Shown piece after piece: positions 1 through 9,749 of a stretch of 54,407 nt of DNA. Under the pieces are notes generated by a model, which saw only the letters and a program-made list of their open reading frames with translations, did no database searches and had not been told where the DNA came from. Position numbers and translations under genes: made by a program. Each line of letters starts with the position of its first letter. Position 1 is the stretch's first letter. The DNA is from Acidimicrobiales bacterium (GTDB lineage: Bacteria > Actinomycetota > Acidimicrobiia > Acidimicrobiales > Acidimicrobilacustridaceae), in contig JBILIB010000001.1 in assembly GCA_044350215.1 (NCBI GenBank), forward strand, positions 1 through 54,407, read 5' to 3'.

Positions 1-778
1 AGCTCCCGCGGTAGTTGGGTGTGCGATCTTCAGCGCGAGCAGCGCGGAATTCGGCGTAATCCTCGGACTTGTTGAGGAAGGTTTGGTAGATCAGCTCGTC
101 GGCCATTGATGTCGTGATTTCCGGCTGTGCAAGGTGGGAAATGACGCGACGAGCCAACTTGATCGTGACGGCCGGAGCGGCGGCAATCTTCAGCGCCATT
201 TCCATTGCGGTGTTATCGAGCTCTTCACGGGTGACGATGCGGGAAACGATGCCGAGAGAAAGCGCTTCTTGTGCATTGAGTGAACGTCCGGTCAGAACCA
301 TGTCGCTCACAACGCCGTGTCCACACATTTGAAAGAGGCGACCAACGCCGCCGGTATCGGGAATGACGCCATGTCCGGCTTCGGGGAGCATGAACTTGGC
401 GTCATCGGCGGCGATGCGGATATCGCACAGCAGTGCTCGTTGGAACGAACCGCCGATGGCCCACCCTTGTATTGGGACGATCACGGGTGCATCAAGATCA
501 AAGAGCTGTTGGATTCCCTTATGGCCGCGTGCCATGAGTTCGTGGTGCGTAAGCCCAGTCGTGTCATTGCCGATTGATCCGACATCTCGGCCTGATGACC
601 AAGAGTGACCTTCGCCCCGCCAAATGACGGCACGAACCGTTGGAGTTGCTCGAAGTTCGCCGAGGATGTCGAACAACTGCTTATCCATCTCGTCAGTGAA
701 GGCGTTGCGCTTCTCTTGGTTGTCGTTCGTAATGACGGCAATCGAGCCATCGATCTCGAGTCGGACTTGTCCAGCCAT
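1..778 (-). CDS. Enoyl-CoA hydratase/isomerase (crotonase) family protein; stop codon cut by window edge
   Basis: Not in ORF track. Hand translation from ATG 778 (GGGGGA RBS): MAGQVRLEIDGSIAVITNDNQEKRNAF...WSSGRD...GWAIGGSFQRALLCDIRIAA...PEAGHGVIPDTGG, ending DRTPNYRGS at position 2. Confidence 0.9.
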   Translation of the reverse strand, partial: MAGQVRLEIDGSIAVITNDNQEKRNAFTDEMDKQLFDILGELRATPTVRAVIWRGEGHSWSSGRDVGSIGNDTTGLTHHELMARGHKGIQQLFDLDAPVIVPIQGWAIGGSFQRALLCDIRIAADDAKFMLPEAGHGVIPDTGGVGRLFQMCGHGVVSDMVLTGRSLNAQEALSLGIVSRIVTREELDNTAMEMALKIAAAPAVTIKLARRVISHLAQPEITTSMADELIYQTFLNKSEDYAEFRAARAEDRTPNYRGS

Positions 779-891
779 GATTCCCCCTGCAGAAGAGCTC
801 TTCCTCGCAGTCTTGCCGAACGGGCTGATTCGGTCGAACGGGTCGCCAAAGCGGAGTGCCTGGGCCACACTTGGTGAAAGGGAGGGGACCA

Positions 892-1752
892 ATGCGCTGG
901 AAAATTGGTGAAGTGGCGGTCACGAAGGTTGTGGAGCTCGAGCAAGAACTCCCCCTAAGCGGGTTGCTTCCTCGGGCGAGCGAAGAGGCTCTTGCCCCGC
1001 ATCAGGCATGGCTCATGCCGTATTTCATTGATGACGAAGGCATGACGGATCTTTCAATCCACGCGTTTCTGATCGAAAGCAGTGGGCTGCGCATCATCGT
1101 CGACACCTGTGTGGGTGATCGCGACATGGCTGGTCTTCCGGGATTCACTGGCGATCCCGCGTTTCTGAAGCGGCTTACGGCAGCTGGATTTCCGCCCGAG
1201 ACAATCGACATTGTGTGTTGCACGCACTTGCACTTCGATCACGTGGGCTGGAATACGAAACTCGAAGACGGTAAATGGGTGCCGACATTTCCGAATGCGC
1301 GTTATCTGTTTTGTCGCGCTGAGTACAACGCATGGGTCACCGAACCCGGCGGCTATGCATGGAACCTTCCTGACACCGTGGCGCCAGTTGTTGATGCCGG
1401 GCTTGTGGACCTTGTCGATCCCGATCACCGAGTAACGAGCGAGGTTCGATTTGTCCCCACACCAGGTCATTCCCCGGGCCACATGTCCGTTCTCATCGAG
1501 TCGAATGGCGGCCGGGCACTCATTACGGGCGATGCCACGCATCATCCGGTGCAGTGGGCCGAAACGGATTGGGGCATGAGCGGGGATTGGGATGGAGCAC
1601 AAGCGGCTGATTCTCGGCGTGAGATGCGCGCTGACCATGGCGACACGGGAACGTTGATTCTGGGCACGCATTACGCCGCCCCAAGTGCTGGCCACATCGT
1701 GAGCGTTGGCGGCGAATGGCAGTTTCACGTAACGACAGCGACGGAGTTCTGA
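892..1752 (+). CDS. MBL-fold metallo-hydrolase (lactonase-like)
   Basis: THLHFDHVG, TPGHSPGH, GD and GTHY metal motifs; GGAGGGG RBS before ATG 892. Confidence 0.9.
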   Translation: MRWKIGEVAVTKVVELEQELPLSGLLPRASEEALAPHQAWLMPYFIDDEGMTDLSIHAFLIESSGLRIIVDTCVGDRDMAGLPGFTGDPAFLKRLTAAGFPPETIDIVCCTHLHFDHVGWNTKLEDGKWVPTFPNARYLFCRAEYNAWVTEPGGYAWNLPDTVAPVVDAGLVDLVDPDHRVTSEVRFVPTPGHSPGHMSVLIESNGGRALITGDATHHPVQWAETDWGMSGDWDGAQAADSRREMRADHGDTGTLILGTHYAAPSAGHIVSVGGEWQFHVTTATEF

Positions 1753-1753
1753 G

Positions 1754-2509
1754 GTGACGACATCGCTGTTTGATCTCACCGGCAAGGTGGCGGTCATAAC
1801 TGGAGCAAGTAAAGGGCTTGGTCGTGCGATGGCCCTTGGATTTGCTGACGCGGGTGCTGATGTTGTCGTATCGAGTCGCCGGATCGACGCGTGCGAAGGC
1901 GTTGCGGCTGAGATTCGAGCAAAAGGGCGACGAGCGCTTGCCGTGGCCTGCCATGTAGCGGACTGGGCCCAATGTGATGCACTCATCGCTGACTCGGTTG
2001 CCGAGTTCGGCAAGATCGACATCATGGTGAACAACGCTGGCATCGCTCCGGTTCCGCCATCGCTCGCAGGCGTCACCGAAGAGTTGTTTGACAAGACCTT
2101 CGGGGTAAATGTCAAGGGTCCGCTGCGACTGATGGCAATGGCGGCTGAGCACATGCCCGCGGGCGGATCCATCATCAACATCAGCACGAAGGCATCGCAA
2201 CGACCTTCACCCTTCACGGTTGTCTATGCGGGATCGAAAGCTGCATTGAATGCAATTACGCAAGCGACCGCACAGGAGTTTGGTCCGCGCGGTATTCGAG
2301 TGAACGCGATTGTGTGTGGTCCGTTCATCACCGACAGTTTCAGCAAAGCCATCCCAACTCCCGAAGCGGCCGAACACGTCGCAAAGATGATTTCCGTGGG
2401 GCATATCGGCCAACCCGAAGAGATCGTGGGAACAGCGTTGTTGCTCGCTTCGGATGCGTCGTCCTACATGACGGGTTCACTCATCAATCTCGATGGTGGG
2501 GGCTCGTGA
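1754..2509 (+). CDS. SDR family oxidoreductase
   Basis: TGASKGLG, NNAG and YAGSK motifs. Confidence 0.92.
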   Translation: MTTSLFDLTGKVAVITGASKGLGRAMALGFADAGADVVVSSRRIDACEGVAAEIRAKGRRALAVACHVADWAQCDALIADSVAEFGKIDIMVNNAGIAPVPPSLAGVTEELFDKTFGVNVKGPLRLMAMAAEHMPAGGSIINISTKASQRPSPFTVVYAGSKAALNAITQATAQEFGPRGIRVNAIVCGPFITDSFSKAIPTPEAAEHVAKMISVGHIGQPEEIVGTALLLASDASSYMTGSLINLDGGGS

Positions 2510-3504
2510 ACGAAGACCCCGTCGGCGCCGAGTTGGTCGACGTTGAACGTCTTGGCGCTTGGCTTGATGGTCGTGGTCTTGAAGTCGGTCAGCCGCTAAC
2601 TGTTGCTCCGCTGACTTCAGGTCGGTCGAACGCGATGTTCATCGTTCATCGCGGAGCTTCGCGCTGGGTGCTTCGTCGTCCTGCTGCTGTCGCAATTGAA
2701 CGAGCGGACGAAGGGATGCGTCGTGAATATCGAATTCTTGACGCGCTTACTGGTTCCAATGTTCCGCACCCTGCAACAGTTGCATTGTGTGAGGACCACG
2801 ACGTTCTTGGCTGCACGTTTTTCTTGATGCAGCAGGTCGATGGAGTGAATCCTGCTCCTCCGCTTCCTGATCCGTTCACCGTTGCTGATCAGCCAAGCGT
2901 CGCATTTGCGATGGTCGACGCACTCGCCGCCCTGCATGACTTTGATTGGCGGGGAAGTTCATTGTCTGATTTCGGCAAGCCTGATGGATTCCATGAACGT
3001 CAGGTCGAGCGATGGACTGGGCAATTGGCTTCCTACAACGGCCGAGAGCTCCCGGGGCTTCACCACGTCACAACCTTCCTTTCGGAAAACCTTCCGGGAT
3101 CGTTCGAACCGTCTCTGATGCACGGCGATTTTCATATGTTCAACGCGCTGATTTCTTCAGAACCCCCGGGCGAGGTGACTGCGATCATTGATTGGGAAAC
3201 CGCAACGATTGGCGATCCACTGCTGGACCTCATTGGGTTCTGCGAAATTTGGGGGAAGGTAACAGCGGGGCCGGGTTGGCCTCGCCGCGCTGAACTGATC
3301 GCCCGCTATCGAGAACAGCGTGAGATCGAACTTCCCTCAGATCTTTCCTATTACGAGGTGCTCTACAACTTCCGGATGGCCGTGCTGCTTGAAGGTATTT
3401 ACCAACGGTCACTCCACGACGCAACGAGACCAGACCTGGTGGACGTTGGTGACGGGGCCATGGGATTTCTTCAGCGAGCGTTAGAGGTACTTAATCAGCG
3501 TTGA
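2506..3504 (+). CDS. Phosphotransferase (APH/ACAD10-like) family protein
   Basis: VLRRP, HGDFHMFN, DWETATIGDPLLDL; GTG 2506 overlaps the SDR stop (GTGA). Confidence 0.88.
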   Translation: MNEDPVGAELVDVERLGAWLDGRGLEVGQPLTVAPLTSGRSNAMFIVHRGASRWVLRRPAAVAIERADEGMRREYRILDALTGSNVPHPATVALCEDHDVLGCTFFLMQQVDGVNPAPPLPDPFTVADQPSVAFAMVDALAALHDFDWRGSSLSDFGKPDGFHERQVERWTGQLASYNGRELPGLHHVTTFLSENLPGSFEPSLMHGDFHMFNALISSEPPGEVTAIIDWETATIGDPLLDLIGFCEIWGKVTAGPGWPRRAELIARYREQREIELPSDLSYYEVLYNFRMAVLLEGIYQRSLHDATRPDLVDVGDGAMGFLQRALEVLNQR

Positions 3505-3525
3505 TTGGCAGTGTGGGGTCTGAGA

Positions 3526-4296
3526 TCAGACCTTGTAACCGCCGTCGACGCTGATGACCTGACCGGTGATCCCACGACCGTCATCGCTCACGAGCAGCGT
3601 GGCCATGCCTGTGAGTTCTGAGGCGTCGAGGACGCGATGCTGAAGGCTGTCAGCAGCCGCAAGTTCCTCCTCGATCTCCACAGTTGTGCCGCGAGCAGTC
3701 GCAATGCGCTCGAAATCAACGAGTGAGGTTCTGGTCCAACCCGGGCAGAGCAGATTCACGTTGATGCCGAAAGGTGCGCCGGTCTTCGCGAGTTCTTTCG
3801 TGAAGCCGACAAGTGCGTGTTTTGCGGTGGTGTAGGGGAGTGAAGCGCCGGTGGTCTTGGAGGTGCCGGAGCCAATGCTGATGATCCGCCCGAAGCCTTG
3901 ATCACGCATGCTCGGGAGCGCCGCGCTGGTTGTCCACCATGCCGAGGTGAGACACAACACGAGGGTGGATTCGAACGCATCGTCATTGGCCAAGAACGGA
4001 TCATTGTTCCCGACCGTTCCGCCGACGTTGTTGACCAGAATGTCAACGCGACCGAATCGCTCAAGCGCTTCGCTTACAGGACGACGAGCATCGTCGCGAT
4101 CGGTGGCATCAGCCACTACAGCCAGACCGCGGTCGGAGTCGAGGCCAGCAACGCTGAGTGTGTTCTCGAGGTCAGACGCCGTGCGTGACGAAACGACCAG
4201 AGTTGCTCCTTCGGCCGCGTACCGGAGTGCGATGGCTTCCCCAATCCCTCGGCCACCGCCAGTGATGACTGCAACGCGTCCGTCGAGTTGTCCCAT
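3526..4296 (-). CDS. SDR family oxidoreductase
   Basis: TGGGRGIG, NNVG, YTTAK; ATG 4296 with GGGGA RBS. The ORF-track N-terminal extension is antisense to metG. Confidence 0.9.
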   Translation of the reverse strand: MGQLDGRVAVITGGGRGIGEAIALRYAAEGATLVVSSRTASDLENTLSVAGLDSDRGLAVVADATDRDDARRPVSEALERFGRVDILVNNVGGTVGNNDPFLANDDAFESTLVLCLTSAWWTTSAALPSMRDQGFGRIISIGSGTSKTTGASLPYTTAKHALVGFTKELAKTGAPFGINVNLLCPGWTRTSLVDFERIATARGTTVEIEEELAAADSLQHRVLDASELTGMATLLVSDDGRGITGQVISVDGGYKV

Positions 4297-4422
4297 GAGT
4301 TCCCCAATCGAATCGGCCATTCGGCCCGCTGAGTCAATCCTGACACGCGCAAAGCGCGACCCGTTTGAAGGCCGAGCGGCGAGGTTCATCACTCGTGGTT
4401 CGTCGGCGTTGCCGCGGCCCCG

Positions 4423-4428
4423 TAGCCT
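4423..4428 (+). promoter_or_regulatory. -10 element (TAGCCT) of leaderless metG promoter
   Basis: TANNNT 6 nt upstream of GTG 4435; no Shine-Dalgarno. Confidence 0.6.
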
Positions 4429-4434
4429 TGCGGT

Positions 4435-5952
4435 GTGTCTGAACCCTTCTACGTCACTACTCCTATTTATTACGTGAACGATGTGCCCCATATCGGGCAC
4501 GCCTATACGACGGTGACCGCAGACGCATTGGCTCGGTGGCATCGCCTCGCCGGTGACCCCACCTTCTTCCTCACCGGCACCGACGAACACGGTCTCAAGA
4601 TCCAGCGTTCCGCCGATGCGAATGGCATTACTCCGCTCGAACAGGCCGATCGCACGAGCGCTCGTTTTCGCGAAGTGTGGGAACTGCTGAACATCAGTAA
4701 TGACGATTTCATTCGTACTACCGAACCGCGACACATCACGTCGGTCCAAACATTCATGCAGGCCATCTTCGACAACGGATGGATCCGTAAAGGTTCATAC
4801 TCCGGGCATTACTGCGTTCCGTGTGAGGCCTATTACAACGAGGCCGATCTGGTCGACGGCAATTGTCCGATTCATGGCCGACCAGTGGAATGGCTCGAAG
4901 AGGACAATTGGTTCTTCGAGTTGTCAAAGTTCGAACAGCCGCTTCTTGATTGGTATGCCGCGAATCCCGGATGTGTGCAACCTGAAGGTAAGCGCAATGA
5001 AGCATTGGGAATCATCAGGCAAGGTCTAGAAGACGTCTCGGTATCACGCACCTCAATCTCCTGGGGCGTTCCCGTTCCTTGGGACGAAGGTCATGTCTTC
5101 TACGTCTGGTACGACGCCCTCATTAATTACGCGACGGCGGTCGGATACGGTGCCGACTCCAAGCAGTTCGCCGAGTGGTGGCCCCAGGTGCACCATCTTC
5201 TGGGTAAGGACATCCTCCGCTTTCACTGTGTGTATTGGCCCGCGATGTGTCTTGCTGCTGGCATCGAACCGCCGAAGAAACTTGCGGTCCACGGCTTCTT
5301 GCTCGTCGGTGGCGAGAAGATGTCGAAGACACGCCTCAATCAGATTTTTCCTGCCGATCTTGTTGCCGATTTCGGTGTCGATGGGTTCCGCTATCACTTC
5401 CTGCGAGACAATCCGTTTGGTCCCGACGGAGATTTCTCCTACGAATCAATGGTCACGCGATACAACGCCGACCTTGCGAACAATCTTGGAAACCTGTTGT
5501 CTCGCGTCGCAACAGTTGTGGGCAAAAAGTGTGACGGCATTGGACCCGCGCCCGCTGCCGATTCACCGCTCGCAGCGATCGCCGCTCAGTCGCTGGCCGA
5601 CACAATCACTGGTTGGAACAACATCACGCCAAGCATTGCCCTTGAGGCAACGTGGCGCCTTGTCGGTGCGGCCAACGCTCACCTCGAAGCGAACGAACCG
5701 TGGAAAATGGATCCAAGTCCCGCGCTTGATGCAGTGATGGGTGACGCGCTTGAAGTGCTGCGCATCGTTTCAATTCTCGCAACTCCAGCTATGCCGGATA
5801 CCTGCGCGCAGATCTGGGAACGCATCGGATTGTCCGGTTCGCCAGTCGATGCTGGCGTCGCTGGCGCGACCTGGGGCGGGTATCCCGGCGGGTTGCCAGT
5901 GGTGAAGGGCGATGGGCTCTTCCCTCGTATCGCGAAACCCGACGCGGACTGA
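4435..5952 (+). CDS. metG: Methionine--tRNA ligase
   Basis: HIGH, GTDEHG, CxxC/CPIH knuckle, KMSK; short form without C-terminal tRNA-binding domain. Confidence 0.97.
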   Translation: MSEPFYVTTPIYYVNDVPHIGHAYTTVTADALARWHRLAGDPTFFLTGTDEHGLKIQRSADANGITPLEQADRTSARFREVWELLNISNDDFIRTTEPRHITSVQTFMQAIFDNGWIRKGSYSGHYCVPCEAYYNEADLVDGNCPIHGRPVEWLEEDNWFFELSKFEQPLLDWYAANPGCVQPEGKRNEALGIIRQGLEDVSVSRTSISWGVPVPWDEGHVFYVWYDALINYATAVGYGADSKQFAEWWPQVHHLLGKDILRFHCVYWPAMCLAAGIEPPKKLAVHGFLLVGGEKMSKTRLNQIFPADLVADFGVDGFRYHFLRDNPFGPDGDFSYESMVTRYNADLANNLGNLLSRVATVVGKKCDGIGPAPAADSPLAAIAAQSLADTITGWNNITPSIALEATWRLVGAANAHLEANEPWKMDPSPALDAVMGDALEVLRIVSILATPAMPDTCAQIWERIGLSGSPVDAGVAGATWGGYPGGLPVVKGDGLFPRIAKPDAD

Positions 5953-5962
5953 CGGAGTCGAA

Positions 5963-6721
5963 ATGCGTTGGATCGATGATCACTGTCATTTGGGTGACGG
6001 AACTGACCGTTGGCCGGAAGCCGAAGCCACAATCGCCGAAGCCCACGAGGCCGGCGTGATGCGAATGATCACCGTCGGTTGCGATCTCGCGTCGTCGAAG
6101 CTTGCGATTGAGGTCGCTAGCGCGTTCGACGATGTTTGGGCCACAGCTGGTGTCCACCCGCATGACGCAAGCGAGGGCATCGAGGGCATTGCCGAGCTGC
6201 TCGCCGACCCCAATGTTGTCGCTGTGGGGGAGTGCGGGCTCGACTACCACTATGACAACTCGCCTCGTGACGTGCAGCGAGAGATCTTCGCTCAGCAGAT
6301 CGCACTAGCCCATGATCACGATCTGGCGTTGGTTGTGCATACCCGTGAAGCATGGGATGACACGTTCTCGATTTTCGCAAGCGAAGGCATTCCGTCTCGC
6401 ACGGTCATTCATTGCTTTACCGGGGGACCCGCCGAGGCACAGAAATGTCTCGACCTCGGCGCTTGGCTTTCGTTCAGTGGCATCGTCACGTTCCCGGGAG
6501 CGCCCGAAGTGCTCTCCGCGGCAACCCTTTGCCCCCTCGATCGCCTGCTCATCGAGACCGATTCGCCGTTTTTGGCTCCTGTTCCTCACCGCGGGAAACC
6601 GAATCGCCCCGCTCTCGTTCCCGTTGTGGGGGCGGCAATCGCGGCGGCCAAGGGGATTGATGTGGCCGATGTGGCCAATGTCACATGGAAAAATGCTGCG
6701 ATGGTGTACCAGCTCCCCTAG
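5963..6721 (+). CDS. tatD: TatD family DNase
   Basis: [32 protein letters not shown]; GGAG RBS before ATG 5963; conserved position after metG. Confidence 0.95.
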   Translation: MRWIDDHCHLGDGTDRWPEAEATIAEAHEAGVMRMITVGCDLASSKLAIEVASAFDDVWATAGVHPHDASEGIEGIAELLADPNVVAVGECGLDYHYDNSPRDVQREIFAQQIALAHDHDLALVVHTREAWDDTFSIFASEGIPSRTVIHCFTGGPAEAQKCLDLGAWLSFSGIVTFPGAPEVLSAATLCPLDRLLIETDSPFLAPVPHRGKPNRPALVPVVGAAIAAAKGIDVADVANVTWKNAAMVYQLP

Positions 6722-6757
6722 CAGGGGATTCGCGAGTTTTTCTTCATCGCACAAAGT

Positions 6758-6766
6758 TGTGGACAA
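6758..6766 (-). promoter_or_regulatory. DnaA-box-like 9-mer TTGTCCACA
   Basis: TGTGGACAA on + strand, a perfect actinobacterial DnaA box; single copy. Confidence 0.35.
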
Positions 6767-6957
6767 GTCTCTGCGACCTTGTGAGCAGGGGTTACGCGCA
6801 GTTGAACAGGGGGTGTCACAGAGCCTCGCACCAGTTGCGGGTCCCGGACCTCCCTCCTAGGTTCTTTGGACGGCTCCGGGCGGAGTTTGCACTGCGTGAT
6901 CGCGCAGGGCGTTCTTCCGCTGTGGCCAGGATCTATTGCTCGACGAAGGACGCAGTT

Positions 6958-7560
6958 CTGAACACCACCGTGCACCCAACGCAACGCCGACTGATGATCG
7001 CACTTGTGGTCACGCTCGCGTGTTTGCCGTTGTTGGTGATCGACATGTTCCAGCGCTCGCCGAGTAGTGGGGCAAGTCAAACAGCAAGCTCCACCGACCC
7101 GAGCCTCGTTGTTGCCTCTGTCTCGACCGAAGATTCGACCACGACAATCGTGGCGGTCACGGTTCCGGTCACGGTTCCGGTCACCGTCCCCGCTCCAGTC
7201 ACAACGGTGGCCCCTCCGACAACAATCGCTCCCCGCCGAGCGACGACTACCACCACAACAACTCCGCAACGCGCCACGACACCACCAGTACCAACCGGGA
7301 ACGCCGAAGCGTCGCCGAGTCAGTGGGATCGCCTTGCGCAGTGTGAAACCGGTGGAAACTGGGCAGCGAACTCCGGTAACGGATACGGCGGCGGACTCCA
7401 GTTCGCCCATGGTCCCAGATGGTCGACATGGCGTGCCTTTGGTGGCGAAGAATTCACCGCTCACCCGTGGGAAGCGACACGAGAGCAGCAGATCGTCATC
7501 GCCGAACGTGTTCTCGCCAGCTCCGGGTGGGGCGCGTGGCCTGGGTGCTCGAGCTTCTAA
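6958..7560 (+). CDS. Resuscitation-promoting factor (Rpf) lytic transglycosylase with signal/TM segment and Thr/Pro linker
   Basis: [27 protein letters not shown]...WPGC. Start uncertain: CTG 6958 after AAGGA, GTG 6970 or ATG 6994. Occupies the rpfB slot but has no G5/DUF348 domains. Confidence 0.88.
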   Translation: MNTTVHPTQRRLMIALVVTLACLPLLVIDMFQRSPSSGASQTASSTDPSLVVASVSTEDSTTTIVAVTVPVTVPVTVPAPVTTVAPPTTIAPRRATTTTTTTPQRATTPPVPTGNAEASPSQWDRLAQCETGGNWAANSGNGYGGGLQFAHGPRWSTWRAFGGEEFTAHPWEATREQQIVIAERVLASSGWGAWPGCSSF

Positions 7561-7662
7561 GCAAGACCAAGCGTTCTCGGTGTGTTTTCGATTCGGCGAA
7601 TCTCACCATTTCCACGCAGCAGCTACCGGTGAAGGTTGCCGCAGAAGGTTTGCGGTGATCGC

Positions 7663-8484
7663 ATGACACTCACACGTCGCGACATCACGGAGTTGCTCGC
7701 GCGTCATGGCCTCGAGCCAAGTCGCGCCCTCGGTCAAAATTTTCTTGCCGATCCAAATACGGTCCGTCGCATTGTGCGGTTGGCGTGCATCGATGCGAGT
7801 TCGAATGTGGTCGAGATCGGTCCTGGTGTCGGTTCGTTGACAACTGAACTTGCAGCAACGGGGGCAAACGTTGTCGCTGTCGAACTCGATCGACATCTAT
7901 TGCCGGTGTTGGCGGAAACGGTTGAGCCTCTAGGTGTTCGCGTTGTTCACGGTGATGCGCTTGAACTTGATTGGGGACAGGTCCTGTCCGCTGAGAAGCA
8001 GTGGCATCTCGTTGCGAATCTTCCCTACAACGTTGCGACGACCATTGTTCTTGATCTCCTTGACGATGTCCCACAAATCGAAACCATGCTCGTGATGGTG
8101 CAACGCGAGGTCGGAGAGCGCCTTGCTGCATCCGCCGGTGATGGTGCCTATGGCATCCCCTCGGTGAAGTTGTCACTCTGGGCCACTGCGTCGATCGCCG
8201 CTCGGATACCGGCAACAGTCTTCATTCCACAGCCGCGAGTGGAATCGGTGATGGTTCGTATCGAGCGACGATCGGCGCCTGTTGTCGGCGTCGATCACGA
8301 TTCCCTCATGGATCTCGTTCGCACGGCGTTTGGTCAGCGGCGCAAGATGCTTCGCCGGTCATTGTCCTCCAAGGTCACGACCGAGCAGTTCGAAGCCGCC
8401 GGAATCGACCCATCCGAGCGACCCGAGCGCCTCGACGTTGTTCAATGGGGAGCACTCACTGCAGCGGTACTGGCTGGGGCGTGA
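7663..8484 (+). CDS. rsmA: 16S rRNA dimethyladenosine transferase
   Basis: LGQNFL, EIGPGVG, ANLPYN, MVQREV, AFGQRRKMLR. Confidence 0.96.
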   Translation: MTLTRRDITELLARHGLEPSRALGQNFLADPNTVRRIVRLACIDASSNVVEIGPGVGSLTTELAATGANVVAVELDRHLLPVLAETVEPLGVRVVHGDALELDWGQVLSAEKQWHLVANLPYNVATTIVLDLLDDVPQIETMLVMVQREVGERLAASAGDGAYGIPSVKLSLWATASIAARIPATVFIPQPRVESVMVRIERRSAPVVGVDHDSLMDLVRTAFGQRRKMLRRSLSSKVTTEQFEAAGIDPSERPERLDVVQWGALTAAVLAGA

Positions 8485-8488
8485 TTCG

Positions 8489-9229
8489 ATGGGGGACGTG
8501 AGTGCCGAATCGGTCCGCCTCTTTGCTCCCGCCAAACTCACGACCTCGCTTCGCGTGGTTGGTGTGCGCAATGACGGTTACCACCTAATCGATGCCGAAA
8601 TGGTGTCGCTTGATTTTGGCGATTCACTCATTGTCGATTGTGAAAGCGCCGGACCAGTTTCGGTGAGCTTTGCCGATGTCGATGGCAAAACCATTGATCT
8701 CGGTGTCGACAACCTCGTCACTCGTGCATTGGCCATGGTGGGTCGCGACGCGTCCGTTCATGTTCAAAAGTTGATCGCGGCTGGTGCGGGACTCGGAGGC
8801 GGTTCTGCCGATGCCGCCGCCATCCTCCATTGGGCCGGTATGACTGATCCCGCTCAGGCGGTAACGCTTGGCGCCGATGTGGCCTTCTGTCTCCTGGGCG
8901 GCAGAGCGCGGGTGCAGGGGATCGGCGAGCAGATCGAACCGTTGCCTTTTGAAGAGCGGACCTTCACATTGCTCACGCCACCAGTGATGTGTTCAACCCC
9001 TGCGGTCTACAAGGCATGGGACGATCTTGGTGGTCCTTTCGGAGTGAACGGCAACGATCTGGAACCAGCGGCGCTGCTGGTCGCGCCTGAGCTTGCTCGC
9101 TGGCGCGACGAACTCGCCGCGGCTAGCGGCCGTCAGCCTCGCCTCGCAGGATCAGGGTCGACCTGGTTTGTCGAGGGTGCATTCCCGGGCCCGGGGCGGG
9201 TCATTACACACGCCAGCCCTGCTCGCTAG
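8489..9229 (+). CDS. ispE: 4-diphosphocytidyl-2-C-methyl-D-erythritol kinase
   Basis: APAKL, GAGLGGGSADAA, LGADV, GSGST; follows rsmA. Start 8489 or 8498. Confidence 0.93.
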   Translation: MGDVSAESVRLFAPAKLTTSLRVVGVRNDGYHLIDAEMVSLDFGDSLIVDCESAGPVSVSFADVDGKTIDLGVDNLVTRALAMVGRDASVHVQKLIAAGAGLGGGSADAAAILHWAGMTDPAQAVTLGADVAFCLLGGRARVQGIGEQIEPLPFEERTFTLLTPPVMCSTPAVYKAWDDLGGPFGVNGNDLEPAALLVAPELARWRDELAAASGRQPRLAGSGSTWFVEGAFPGPGRVITHASPAR

Positions 9230-9279
9230 CTCCCGCAGGGGCGGGGCTTGTCGCTCGCCGTATGGGCCCGTACGCGGAC

Positions 9280-9303
9280 CCACCCGGCTCTCGGGCCGGG
9301 TGG
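9280..9303. terminator. GC-rich hairpin between convergent ispE and bS22
   Basis: CCACCCGGCT-ctcg-GGCCGGGTGG; second hairpin CAGGCGTC-agg-GACGCCTG at 9330-9348. No U-tract. Confidence 0.55.
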
Positions 9304-9351
9304 AGTCAACGAGAATCGTTCTGGCACAGCAGGCGTCAGGGACGCCTGAGC

Positions 9352-9453
9352 TCACTTACCGGCAGCTCGACGCTGGAAGCGGGTTCGCTTCAGCATCTTC
9401 TTGTGCTTCTTCTTACGCATGCGCTTGCGGCGCTTTTTAATGAGAGATCCCAT
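9352..9453 (-). CDS. 30S ribosomal protein bS22 (AURKAIP1/COX24 family), 33 aa
   Basis: MGSLIKKRRKRMRKKKHKKMLKRTRFQRRAAGK; TACAGT -10 at 9463-9468. Confidence 0.95.
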   Translation of the reverse strand: MGSLIKKRRKRMRKKKHKKMLKRTRFQRRAAGK

Positions 9454-9492
9454 GGCGCAGCGACTGTAGCGGTAAGGCGTGCTCCGGTGCGA

Positions 9493-9544
9493 AACGACAC
9501 AACCCAACGACAGAACCCGAGGACGCAACCCAACGACACAACCG
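9493..9544. repeat. Four imperfect 13-bp tandem repeats (AACGACACAACCC)
   Basis: aacgacacaaccc / aacgacagaaccc / gaggacgcaaccc / aacgacacaaccg. Confidence 0.85.
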
Positions 9545-9570
9545 AGTGAGGGGCGGTTCGAGGAGAGTGA

Positions 9571-9601
9571 GGGATCCCGATCCATGGATGATCGGAATCC
9601 C
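9571..9601 (-). terminator. Hairpin downstream of tRNA-Gln
   Basis: Minus strand GGGATTCCGATC-atccatg-GATCGGGATCCC (12-bp stem with one G-U). Confidence 0.6.
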
Positions 9602-9616
9602 GCCAGGGAAGGAAAG

Positions 9617-9688
9617 CTCGGGGGCAGGGACTCGAACCCCGAATGACTGGACCAAAACCAGCCGTGTTGCCAATTACACCACCCCCGA
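9617..9688 (-). tRNA. tRNA-Gln (TTG)
   Basis: TCGGGGG...CCCCCGA acceptor stem, TGGTGTAATTGG D arm, TTG anticodon, GTTCGAGTC T loop; CCA not encoded. Confidence 0.96.
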
Positions 9689-9726
9689 AAGGTGAGGCCT
9701 CGAAAGGTGAGGCCTCGGAAGGCGAG
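9686..9726. repeat. 15-bp tandem repeat CGAAAGGTGAGGCCT x2 plus degenerate third copy
   Basis: 9686-9700 and 9701-9715 identical; cggaaggcgag follows. Confidence 0.85.
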
Positions 9727-9749
9727 TCAGACCGTACTAGAAAGTCTGC

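Noticed and set aside
6758-6766. Replication origin
   Set aside because: Single DnaA box, no cluster, no AT-rich unwinding element and no dnaA.
7155-7190. 12-bp tandem repeat in rpf (and AEG repeats at the rplY 3' end)
   Set aside because: In-frame low-complexity linkers (VTVP, AEGD), not phase-variation tracts.
9493-9726. Short repeats as a mini-CRISPR
   Set aside because: Units are 13-15 bp and contiguous, with no spacers.
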